Shown in pieces: positions 40,546 through 48,412 of a stretch of 64,000 bases of DNA. The DNA comes from Thermoplasmatota archaeon (GTDB lineage Archaea > Thermoplasmatota > Poseidoniia > Poseidoniales > Thalassarchaeaceae), in the NCBI GenBank assembly GCA_030828405.1, contig JAURCP010000003.1, positions 73,460 to 137,459 of the forward strand, given 5' to 3'. A program made the position numbers and the translations under genes. Numbering within the stretch: position 1 is the first letter of the stretch; every line of letters starts with the position of its first letter. The notes beneath the pieces were generated by a model. That model was not told the origin of the DNA, made no database searches, and saw only the letters and a program-made list of their open reading frames with translations.

Positions 40546-41694
40546 TTATTTTATTGTTGGTGCACTTTCAGTAATTTCCTCTGTCGTTTCGGAATTCTCT
40601 GATTCTAGTTCGGCGATACTGATTGAAGACTGCGCTCTATGGTAAATTTCTCTTAAGGTCTGATCACCAATTTCTAGATACACTCTTGTCGTTGAAATAT
40701 TTGCATGTCCTAGAAGTCTTTGTATTGTTACTAAATCTGCTCCTCTCTCTAGAAGTCCGGTTGCAAATGAATGTCTTAAAACATGTGGACTTAATCTCGT
40801 CCTTGGGATATCTGAAGCATCAGCGATCCGATCCAATAACTTCTGAACAGAGCGGGGGTTTAATCTCCGACTTCGACTTGAGAAGAATAATGACCTTTGG
40901 TCTTTTTCTCTAGTACAATTTTTCAATCTAGCGTTTCTAATCGGTCTCCAAGCATCTAAAGCATCCAATGTAGCATTAGTGAAAAGCACAGTCCTATCTT
41001 TCTCTCCTTTTCCACCAATAACTAAGGCCGACAAGTCTTCTAAATCAACATCATCTAAGTCTAAATTACAGATTTCTGAACATCTCAGCCCAGTATCAAG
41101 CATCATTGTAATTACAGGGAAAGCAATAGGATCTTCAGATCGAATCGCAGCTAATCTGACCTTTTGCAAATCATTTTTACCCAATGTTCTGGGTAGTGAT
41201 CTAGATCTTGCAGGTCTCTGAATCCATTCAGGGATAGTATATCCCATCCACTTCAATAAATGTGTAATTGCTGCAATTCTTGCATTGATTGTTGCAGGTC
41301 TTAAATCTCCAATTGTGTTTAACCATGAATCAATTCTACCATTATTAGGATTGCTTCTGTTAAATAATTCTGAAACTTGAATCTCTTTAATTTCATTCCA
41401 AGACATTATTTCCTCGTTGGGTAGAGGTGTTGTTGTGAATGTTTTTGCTGCTATCACATACGATCTTATTGTATGCTCACTCTTTTTTTCTGTTTTCAAT
41501 TGTTGAGACCAGCATTCAAACCATGGCAATAAAGCCAATCGCTGAAGTCTTTGTGGTAGATTCTTTGTATGTATTAACAATTCTGCACCATTCAGATTTA
41601 ACTCTTCATTTGAGTTTGCAACAACCTTTGAGATTGTTTTTTCTTCATTCTGTTCAGTCAATTCCCTCGCCTCATCGTCGCGAACGACGCGCAT
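40546..41694 (-). CDS. Tyrosine recombinase (XerA/XerC/D-like) with ~70-aa N-terminal extension
   Basis: Catalytic-domain motifs LDTGLRCSEICNL (R), HVLRHSFATGLLERGADL (H-x-x-R), LLGHANISTTRVYLEI (H...Y). Confidence 0.88.
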   Translation of the reverse strand: MRVVRDDEARELTEQNEEKTISKVVANSNEELNLNGAELLIHTKNLPQRLQRLALLPWFECWSQQLKTEKKSEHTIRSYVIAAKTFTTTPLPNEEIMSWNEIKEIQVSELFNRSNPNNGRIDSWLNTIGDLRPATINARIAAITHLLKWMGYTIPEWIQRPARSRSLPRTLGKNDLQKVRLAAIRSEDPIAFPVITMMLDTGLRCSEICNLDLDDVDLEDLSALVIGGKGEKDRTVLFTNATLDALDAWRPIRNARLKNCTREKDQRSLFFSSRSRRLNPRSVQKLLDRIADASDIPRTRLSPHVLRHSFATGLLERGADLVTIQRLLGHANISTTRVYLEIGDQTLREIYHRAQSSISIAELESENSETTEEITESAPTIK

Positions 41695-41799
41695 CCCATG
41701 TCCCTAAGGACAAAGCCATGAATCCCTGATTGGACTTGAATGCTTCTCTCATTTTCATAATTAGATTACATTTTGTAATGCTTATGAAAAGATGCCAAT

Positions 41800-42756
41800 T
41801 CATGAATCTGCTTGATTTTTTTCATCAATATTACTAGATTGATGTTTCTGATTCATCAAAGAATGATTTTCTTCATTTTTTTGTAACAAATAATTCAATC
41901 TCTTCGACACCGCTCCTGCAACATTAATCTGTGATGCTTTTTCTATACCCTCTAATCCAGGGCTAGAATTAACTTCTAGGACAAGAGCCCCTCTTTCTGA
42001 TTCAAGTAGATCTACACCAGCTATTTCTAGTCCTAAAATTCTAGCCGCTTTAATAGCTATTTTTTCGAAATCTTGATCTATTTCGATCTTCTCTACACTG
42101 CCTCCAAGATGAAAGTTTGAACGGAATTCATCTCCATTTGCCCTTCTCCTCATACATGCAACAACTTCCCCCCCTACAACCAATGCTCTGATATCTTTTC
42201 CATGAGATTCTTCAATATATTCTTGCACCAAAGGTCTCATTTCTCTTTCCAACATTTGGTAAACTAATTGACGAGCGTGTTGTTCAGTTTTTGCTAAAAA
42301 CACTCCTGCACCGTGAGTCCCTTCTGTCGACTTTACCACGCAAGGAGTTCCACCAACTCTACTAATTGCTCTATTTGTGTCTTCCCATGAAACCACTTGT
42401 GCGGTGATGGGGACTGGAATATTTCCTGAAGACATCATTTGGCAAGCAATCAATTTGTCCCTACTCCTAGTTATCCCATCACTAGAGTTCATGACAATTA
42501 CGCCCATTCTTTCAAACTGTCTGACTATAGTGACTCCTCTTCTGGTTATTGAATAGCCAATTCTCGGAATTACTGCTTCACATTCCACAGGCCACCCTCT
42601 GTAGAATATTTTTCCTCCTTTGTCATCAACTATCATTGTTAGAGATAGAGGATCCAATATTTTGACATCCCAACCAGCATTTTCTGCTTCTTCTGAAAGG
42701 CGCTTTGTAGAGTATAATTTTGGCCCACGAGATAGTATAACTAATCGAGGCCTCAT
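41800..42756 (-). CDS. rimK: RimK-family ATP-grasp alpha-L-glutamate ligase
   Basis: MRPRLVILSRGPKLYSTKRL..., VVKSTEGTHGAGV, GVDLLESERGALVLEVNSSPGLEG. Confidence 0.9.
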   Translation of the reverse strand: MRPRLVILSRGPKLYSTKRLSEEAENAGWDVKILDPLSLTMIVDDKGGKIFYRGWPVECEAVIPRIGYSITRRGVTIVRQFERMGVIVMNSSDGITRSRDKLIACQMMSSGNIPVPITAQVVSWEDTNRAISRVGGTPCVVKSTEGTHGAGVFLAKTEQHARQLVYQMLEREMRPLVQEYIEESHGKDIRALVVGGEVVACMRRRANGDEFRSNFHLGGSVEKIEIDQDFEKIAIKAARILGLEIAGVDLLESERGALVLEVNSSPGLEGIEKASQINVAGAVSKRLNYLLQKNEENHSLMNQKHQSSNIDEKNQADS

Positions 42757-42841
42757 AATTTGCCGCGAACGCCCGACCTTCTTGACTTCTTTGGCTGCGG
42801 AAATGGTATTTTCGTGCTCTAGTAGTGATTCCTTAACACAG

Positions 42842-45163
42842 ATGAAGGAAGGTATTGAAAGACTTGGGTCATCAACAAGTCCTGTTATTATGGCCGACGG
42901 GGAGTCTTACACGTTCGACTCATTATCAAAAATGATGGTTTTTGACTTGAGAGAAATATGTAAAAAAGAGGAAATATCATCCTCTGGTAACAAAGCAGAA
43001 TTAATTGTGAGAATTCTTGGCCATTTCTCATCTGATAATGATAATAACGATTTATTTCTCGAAGAAGCACCAATAGAAACTCAACCCAAAGATTCTCTAA
43101 TTGAAGAAAAAAATGAAACTACCCGCTCTTCCAAGGAGATAGATGATGCGATAAATAGATTGATTTCTCGTGTTGAATCTAAAGATAGTTTAGTTATTGA
43201 AGATAATTCTGAAGAAAAAGAAGTAACAGAGGAATTGAAAATAGTTGAAGAAATAATGGAAGCAGAGATTTTTGAGGCAGAAATTATTGAAGAACCAGTA
43301 ATCATAGAAAATGAAGAACCTTCTTTAATTTTGGACGAAGACGACCCTTGGTCATTAGAAAATAAAGAAGTAAAAACAATTGTTGACCCCCCATCTGAGG
43401 TAAAAGAAGACCAACCATCAATGACAATTGTGTTACCTTCAATGGATGTTTTTAAGAAATATTGGCAGCAAATTTCTGCAGTTATTGTAGTAGTTTTACT
43501 GGTAGGTGCTGGAGTTGTTTACTTCCTCTCAGCGGACTCTTCGTTCCAAGCTAGGCCATTAAATTATGGAGATTCAATGACATTCACTTTGAGTGACGGA
43601 GAAATTATTCTAGATGGTGATGATATGGTTGCATTACTGAGAGATAATTTACCAGATACCGCGATCACAGATGCCTGTAATAGGTTAACAGTAGGACTTA
43701 CAGGAACTGGATCAATTTCAATTGTTGAAGGAGATTTGAATGAAATTTCCCATCCAATTGATAGGCAGTCTTCTGAATTATTAGGAGTAATTAATGCCAA
43801 AGACGCCTATGGGCGTTCTCATTTAACAGTACAACAAGAAATAATACATGATCTCGAAGTAGATCTTGAAGGTAAAACTTGGAGAGATACTAATGTATGT
43901 GGAAATTTAGGTTGGTCTTTACCGGGTAATGATTTACTGATGACAACCAATCTTTACGAAGAATTAACTGAAACAAGTCTATTAAGATCTGAATCAATTA
44001 TTTCATTTACCGATGTTGACGATACTACAACAAATGCAAATATCGTAACTTTTGGCGCCGATGGTTTTGGAAATTTAGACGATATAGCCCCTATTCTGAC
44101 ATTCCCATTGGCTCCTATTGAATTGCATAATTTCTTTGGCGATATTAAGTTAAATTCGGGAATGAATTCTGACTCAATTTCCGATTGGAATAAAGATTGG
44201 GAATGGGTAGTTGGTTCAGAACAAAATAATGCAGAACACGGTCTAGTTTACCCAGTACAAATTTCTCATTCGGAAATTGAAAGGTGTCTTGGAAGAATGA
44301 ATATCGACATTCTTGTAAAGAATGGAGTCCCTTGGGCAGTTGAACAAGAAGTTGATATCTTGATTAACAAAGATCAGAGTACTTCTGACTGTAGTTTTAT
44401 CGAAAGTGCGGCCTTTGAAGCAGCACTGCCTGAGGGAGAATTAACTGTAAGAATGAAGATGAGTATGATAACTTCCGAATCTGGTTCAAAGTCAATTTCT
44501 TGGAGTTCAACATATGCAGGTAGACCGGGGCCTGGAGAAGACAAACTCAGTACTAATGCAAAGAAAGAATGGTCAACAGCGATGTGGGATGAGTCAGAAA
44601 TCAGGTCATTTACATTAGAGGATGCAATTAGTTGCTTACGCGCCAACCATTCTAATCGGGATATTACAGTAGCAATTGATAGTGATGGATATATTTGGCA
44701 GTCTATTTATTCTCTAAATGAGGTGCAAGAATGGAATCTTTCATGGGTTCGTTCGGATGAAACATCAGGGTGGGCGATAGTTAGCCAATCAAATAATGCT
44801 TGTTCATTTGATGACGAAGGTCGTGATGATGGAGAAGTAATTTGGAACCAAGATGCCATTCCTTCAACTCACACATTAAAGAATCTTGAAGCCCGTATTC
44901 TAGATTCCAATAGATATCAAGACTTATCCTTGTCTTTGGGCGATAATCAGTGGTCTGAAGGAAGTAGTTTTGGATACAGACTTTCAGTATCTGAAGATAG
45001 CGATCTTCTTTCATTTTTACCTGGCGATCTTACAGAAGGGCAAGTAACAGTAGCAGGAAGTAGGGAATGGATAGACTCTAATCGTAAGCATAACATAAAT
45101 TTTGCAATGGATGCTCAAACAGGAAGGATGCTCGCATGGGCCGAGATAATTGGCCAAACTTAA
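42842..45163 (+). CDS. Single-pass membrane protein: cytoplasmic SAP/HeH-like DNA-binding motif, acidic linker, TM helix, ~540-aa extracytoplasmic domain
   Basis: LSKMMVFDLREICKKEEISSSGNKAELIVRILGHF (about 42920-43022) fits the SAP/HeH helix-extended-helix pattern. E-rich linker follows. TM ISAVIVVVLLVGAGVVYFL is at about 43472-43530. Start is ambiguous (ATG at 42803, 42842 or 42890); the ORF-track start at 42620 overlaps rimK and I reject it. Confidence 0.72.
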   Translation: MKEGIERLGSSTSPVIMADGESYTFDSLSKMMVFDLREICKKEEISSSGNKAELIVRILGHFSSDNDNNDLFLEEAPIETQPKDSLIEEKNETTRSSKEIDDAINRLISRVESKDSLVIEDNSEEKEVTEELKIVEEIMEAEIFEAEIIEEPVIIENEEPSLILDEDDPWSLENKEVKTIVDPPSEVKEDQPSMTIVLPSMDVFKKYWQQISAVIVVVLLVGAGVVYFLSADSSFQARPLNYGDSMTFTLSDGEIILDGDDMVALLRDNLPDTAITDACNRLTVGLTGTGSISIVEGDLNEISHPIDRQSSELLGVINAKDAYGRSHLTVQQEIIHDLEVDLEGKTWRDTNVCGNLGWSLPGNDLLMTTNLYEELTETSLLRSESIISFTDVDDTTTNANIVTFGADGFGNLDDIAPILTFPLAPIELHNFFGDIKLNSGMNSDSISDWNKDWEWVVGSEQNNAEHGLVYPVQISHSEIERCLGRMNIDILVKNGVPWAVEQEVDILINKDQSTSDCSFIESAAFEAALPEGELTVRMKMSMITSESGSKSISWSSTYAGRPGPGEDKLSTNAKKEWSTAMWDESEIRSFTLEDAISCLRANHSNRDITVAIDSDGYIWQSIYSLNEVQEWNLSWVRSDETSGWAIVSQSNNACSFDDEGRDDGEVIWNQDAIPSTHTLKNLEARILDSNRYQDLSLSLGDNQWSEGSSFGYRLSVSEDSDLLSFLPGDLTEGQVTVAGSREWIDSNRKHNINFAMDAQTGRMLAWAEIIGQT

Positions 45164-45220
45164 AACATCTAAATTTAGCAATCTGATAATTATTATAAGC
45201 GGCACATTCAACTTCCTTCT

Positions 45221-45237
45221 AAGCGCCGAAGGCGCTT
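45221..45237 (+). promoter_or_regulatory. Perfect 7-bp inverted repeat AAGCGCC-GAA-GGCGCTT ending 2 nt before the parA ATG
   Basis: Read directly. It is a GC-rich island in AT-rich DNA within the 76-nt spacer after the upstream gene's stop. It could be an operator, a terminator or a translational hairpin. Confidence 0.3.
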
Positions 45238-45239
45238 GT

Positions 45240-46184
45240 ATGTCTGCTAATGATGACAGTAATCTTCCGGAGGTTGAGAAGATTCCTCTGGTAATCGATG
45301 CTGAATTTACTGAGGAAGAAGAAATTCAAAGTCAAACAAGTAGTTTGCATGAAATGTCTTCTCAAAAAACAAGTAGACCACTGGATTTACCCTATCCAAC
45401 CCCCACTCTCGAAGGTCGTGCAAGGGTAATTACTGTAATTAATCAGAAAGGGGGGGTTGGAAAAACAACTACTGTCATTAATATTGCATCTCAATTGGCA
45501 TTGAGGGGGCATCGAATTTTAGTTGTTGATGCAGATTCTCAAGGAAACTGTGCAACTGGCCTCGGAGTTGATAAGAGTAAAGTTCAGAATACAACAAGAG
45601 ATCTTATTCTTTCTCCAGAGACCGCTATTTCTGCTCGACATGCAACTGCAGTTGATGGATTACACATGATAGTTGGAGACAGAAGTTTAGTAGGATTAGA
45701 GCAGGAAATGTTGAGACAATTAGGTAGAGAAAGAAGGCTTTCAGAAGCTCTAGAGCCATTACTTCCACATTATGATATAGTAATTATCGACACCCCTCCT
45801 TCACTAGGTTTGGTAACTATTAATGCACTTGTCGCGAGTAATGGAGTTTTAATTCCAGTACAAACTGAATATTTCGCTCTTGAAGGTCTTGCAATGTTGG
45901 CAGGAACTATAAGAGAAGTTAGAAATCTTCTAAATCCACATTTAGGTGTTGATGGAGTTTTGTTGACAATGCATGCCAGTACTCTTCTCAATCAACAAGT
46001 AGCTTCTGAGATTTTTGAACATCTTCCTGAGTTTGTAATTCGCCCAGCTATACGCCGTAATATCAAATTAGCAGAGGCGCCGAGTCATGGTGTACCAATA
46101 CACTTACATGACCCAAACAGTAATGGTGGCAAAGATTACCAAGATGTTTCTGATGAATTAGAAAAAAGATGGGGATTAAAGTAA
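45240..46184 (+). CDS. parA: ParA/Soj-family partition ATPase with ~60-aa acidic N-terminal extension
   Basis: Deviant Walker A VINQKGGVGKTTT, VVDADSQGN, IVIIDTPPSLG. Internal ATG at 45240; the ORF-track start at 45150 overlaps the upstream gene. Confidence 0.92.
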   Translation: MSANDDSNLPEVEKIPLVIDAEFTEEEEIQSQTSSLHEMSSQKTSRPLDLPYPTPTLEGRARVITVINQKGGVGKTTTVINIASQLALRGHRILVVDADSQGNCATGLGVDKSKVQNTTRDLILSPETAISARHATAVDGLHMIVGDRSLVGLEQEMLRQLGRERRLSEALEPLLPHYDIVIIDTPPSLGLVTINALVASNGVLIPVQTEYFALEGLAMLAGTIREVRNLLNPHLGVDGVLLTMHASTLLNQQVASEIFEHLPEFVIRPAIRRNIKLAEAPSHGVPIHLHDPNSNGGKDYQDVSDELEKRWGLK

Positions 46185-47146
46185 TGTCCTCTAAAGGCCT
46201 TGGAAGAGGGCTAGAATCAGTAGCAGAATTAGCCAAAGACGGGCCTGATCTTACTTCATATGTATCAGTACCAAAGTTACCTGTTGATTCTCCAAGAGTA
46301 GCAGTTTTATGGATGATTTTTGGTAGTATCTCATTTGGAACTATGAATGCATTAGTGAAATGGACATCAGTAAATGCCGATGTCTGGATGATAATTTTTG
46401 TTCGCTCACTAGTTATCGCCTTAGCAGTAGCTATTTTTGCTAGATTTCAAGGTATTAGCCTCAAAGTCAAAGATAGAAGAAAGATGTTTTTGCGATGTCT
46501 TACTGGATTAATTGCAATGTTGCTATATTTCACAGCATTATCATTAATTCCTATCGGTCAGGCAGTGACATTACAGTATACTGCGCCGTTATTTGTGGCA
46601 TTACTTTCTGGTCGATTAATTAGTGAAAAAGTGTCATCTTCAGTACTCGTTCTGCTAATGACTGCCTTTATCGGAATAGTTCTGATAGTTTCTCCTGATT
46701 TTGATAGTATTGATTCCAATGCATTACTTGCTTTGGGTTCGGGATTATTCGCTGGCTTAGCATACATTTTTGTTCGTGATTTAAGAAAAACGGAGTCACC
46801 TTCTTCTGTAGTATTTTGGTTTGCCGCTTTTTCTGTTCTTGGCTCGATGGTTCAAGCAGTTCCAAACTTATCCGCTTTATCTCTAGAAATGGTTGCTGCC
46901 TTAATAGGAATAGGGGTGGGTGCAGGAGGCGGTCAAGTAGGAATTACCATGGCTTATCATAAGGCAAATGCCGCTTGGGTTAGTGCATTTTCTTATCTTA
47001 CAGTGATAATAGCAACAATTTACGGAATTATTTTGTTTGATGAGATATTAACTCTGAAAATCGTTCTCGGAGGTTTAATGATAATAGGTTCAGGAATAGC
47101 ATTGGCATTTTTTACTCCATCCAGTTCTGAAAGTGAAAAATCTTAG
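46184..47146 (+). CDS. EamA/DMT-family 10-TM transporter carrying a ParB-type N-terminal peptide (MSSKGLGRGLESVAEL)
   Basis: The ATG shares one nucleotide with the parA stop (TAATG at 46182-46186). About 35 cytoplasmic residues are followed by ten hydrophobic helices in two 5-TM halves, typical of EamA. The N-terminal GLGRGLE matches the ParB/Spo0J N-terminal consensus. Confidence 0.85.
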   Translation: MSSKGLGRGLESVAELAKDGPDLTSYVSVPKLPVDSPRVAVLWMIFGSISFGTMNALVKWTSVNADVWMIIFVRSLVIALAVAIFARFQGISLKVKDRRKMFLRCLTGLIAMLLYFTALSLIPIGQAVTLQYTAPLFVALLSGRLISEKVSSSVLVLLMTAFIGIVLIVSPDFDSIDSNALLALGSGLFAGLAYIFVRDLRKTESPSSVVFWFAAFSVLGSMVQAVPNLSALSLEMVAALIGIGVGAGGGQVGITMAYHKANAAWVSAFSYLTVIIATIYGIILFDEILTLKIVLGGLMIIGSGIALAFFTPSSSESEKS

Positions 47147-47817
47147 TCGAACCATTCAGAAATTTCATCAAGACTTTTTCTTTTAAGATTGGGTACTTTG
47201 GCATTTTCTGCTGGATATCCGACAGGCATCAGTAACATTGCGTGTTCATACTCGGGTCTCTCCAGCAATTCTCTCAAGAATTTCATAGGCGATGGGGTAT
47301 GGGTCAATGTAGTCAGTCCCATATTTTGTATAGCTGCAATGAATAAACCAATGGCAATCCCACATGACTCTTGGGAATAATAAGTAGGTGCAATTTCTCC
47401 ATTCATACGTTCTCTTTTAGATTGTCTAAATACAACAACAACCCATGGTGCATCTGTGATATGTTCTTTGATATGGTCTGTGCCTAAAGGTCGTAATAGT
47501 TCAGCCCATGCTTCTGGCATTCTTTCAGAATATGTTTTTTCCTCTTCTTCCTCAGCTGCATCACGAATTTTATTCTTTAAATCTTCATTTGATATCGCAA
47601 CGAAAGTCCAAGGTTGTAAATGAGCTCCAGATGGTGCTGTACCTGCGGTTTTAATCGCCATTTCTATTAGATTACGGGGCACATGTTTCGTTGAGAAATG
47701 TCTAGTAGTACGTCTTTTATTCATCAACTGAAAAAAATCAAATGCATTTTCTGCCATTTTTTCTTTAGAAATCGGGGAGAACTCTAAATCAATGAAATCA
47801 GAGTCTTCATCATTCAT
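47143..47817 (-). CDS. Nitroreductase-superfamily flavoprotein, iodotyrosine deiodinase (IYD)-like
   Basis: RRTTRHFSTKHVP...IKTAGTAPSGAHLQPWTFVAISNEDLKNKIRDAAEEEEE closely mirrors the IYD-subfamily N-terminal region as I recall it. Confidence 0.8.
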   Translation of the reverse strand: MNDEDSDFIDLEFSPISKEKMAENAFDFFQLMNKRRTTRHFSTKHVPRNLIEMAIKTAGTAPSGAHLQPWTFVAISNEDLKNKIRDAAEEEEEKTYSERMPEAWAELLRPLGTDHIKEHITDAPWVVVVFRQSKRERMNGEIAPTYYSQESCGIAIGLFIAAIQNMGLTTLTHTPSPMKFLRELLERPEYEHAMLLMPVGYPAENAKVPNLKRKSLDEISEWFD

Positions 47818-48373
47818 ATTTTCCCTCAGATCTTTGTATCATCAGTCCTGCAATAATTATAGCTGAAAGAGTTAGAGAAAAAATAAACCCAGGAACACTA
47901 TCGTTTTCTTCTTCTGTCATGCAAGAAGTATCATTACCTCCCCATTCTTCTCCATCATACCAGCAATCAGACCAAATTTTCCAACCAAATCCTGTATCAG
48001 GGACTCTTACCACAGTATCATTATCGTCTATTTGATCAATTCTCCAATTCAAATAGCTTGCATCTTCATCTACAACTACTGATGCAGTCCATGTTTTATT
48101 GTCTGAAGTATTCATTTCAATTGTTTTAGGAGGATAACATACTCCTGAATTAATACATACTTGAGTAATCCAGTTTATTTGACTGATGTTAGTAGATTCA
48201 TTTTTCAGTGTTAGAGAAATAGTAAATTCTTGTTCTTCATACACAACATTACTGTATTCCATAGATTCGAAATCAGTTTCATTCAGATTTGTGGCTTCAT
48301 TAATTCCACCATCTGCAGCAATGACAGAGGATGCTAAAATAGCAACTGTAACCAATGCCAACAGTTTATTCAC
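47810..48373 (-). CDS. Secreted glycoprotein-like protein with PGF-CTERM archaeal sorting signal
   Basis: GTG start. Signal peptide MNKLLALVTVAILASSVIA, many N-x-S/T sequons, and C-terminus VPGFIFSLTLSAIIIAGLMIQRSEGKYE (PGF, hydrophobic helix, basic residues). Confidence 0.6.
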   Translation of the reverse strand: MNKLLALVTVAILASSVIAADGGINEATNLNETDFESMEYSNVVYEEQEFTISLTLKNESTNISQINWITQVCINSGVCYPPKTIEMNTSDNKTWTASVVVDEDASYLNWRIDQIDDNDTVVRVPDTGFGWKIWSDCWYDGEEWGGNDTSCMTEEENDSVPGFIFSLTLSAIIIAGLMIQRSEGKYE

Positions 48374-48412
48374 AACTGTTCGTAGAGATTCTTACAAATG
48401 AATCCTATTGAT

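Noticed and set aside
40546-41694. Tyrosine recombinase as the integrase of a prophage or integrated element
   Set aside because: It is not adjacent to a tRNA gene. I could see no flanking direct repeats. The neighbours are housekeeping-type genes (rimK, Sec61beta, RNA methyltransferase) and no phage or plasmid genes are present. A chromosomal Xer-type role is more likely.
42620-42841. ORF-track start at 42620 for the SAP-TM protein
   Set aside because: The first ~45 codons are antisense to the 5' end of rimK and look non-protein-like. The recognisable SAP motif begins after the ATGs at 42842 and 42890.
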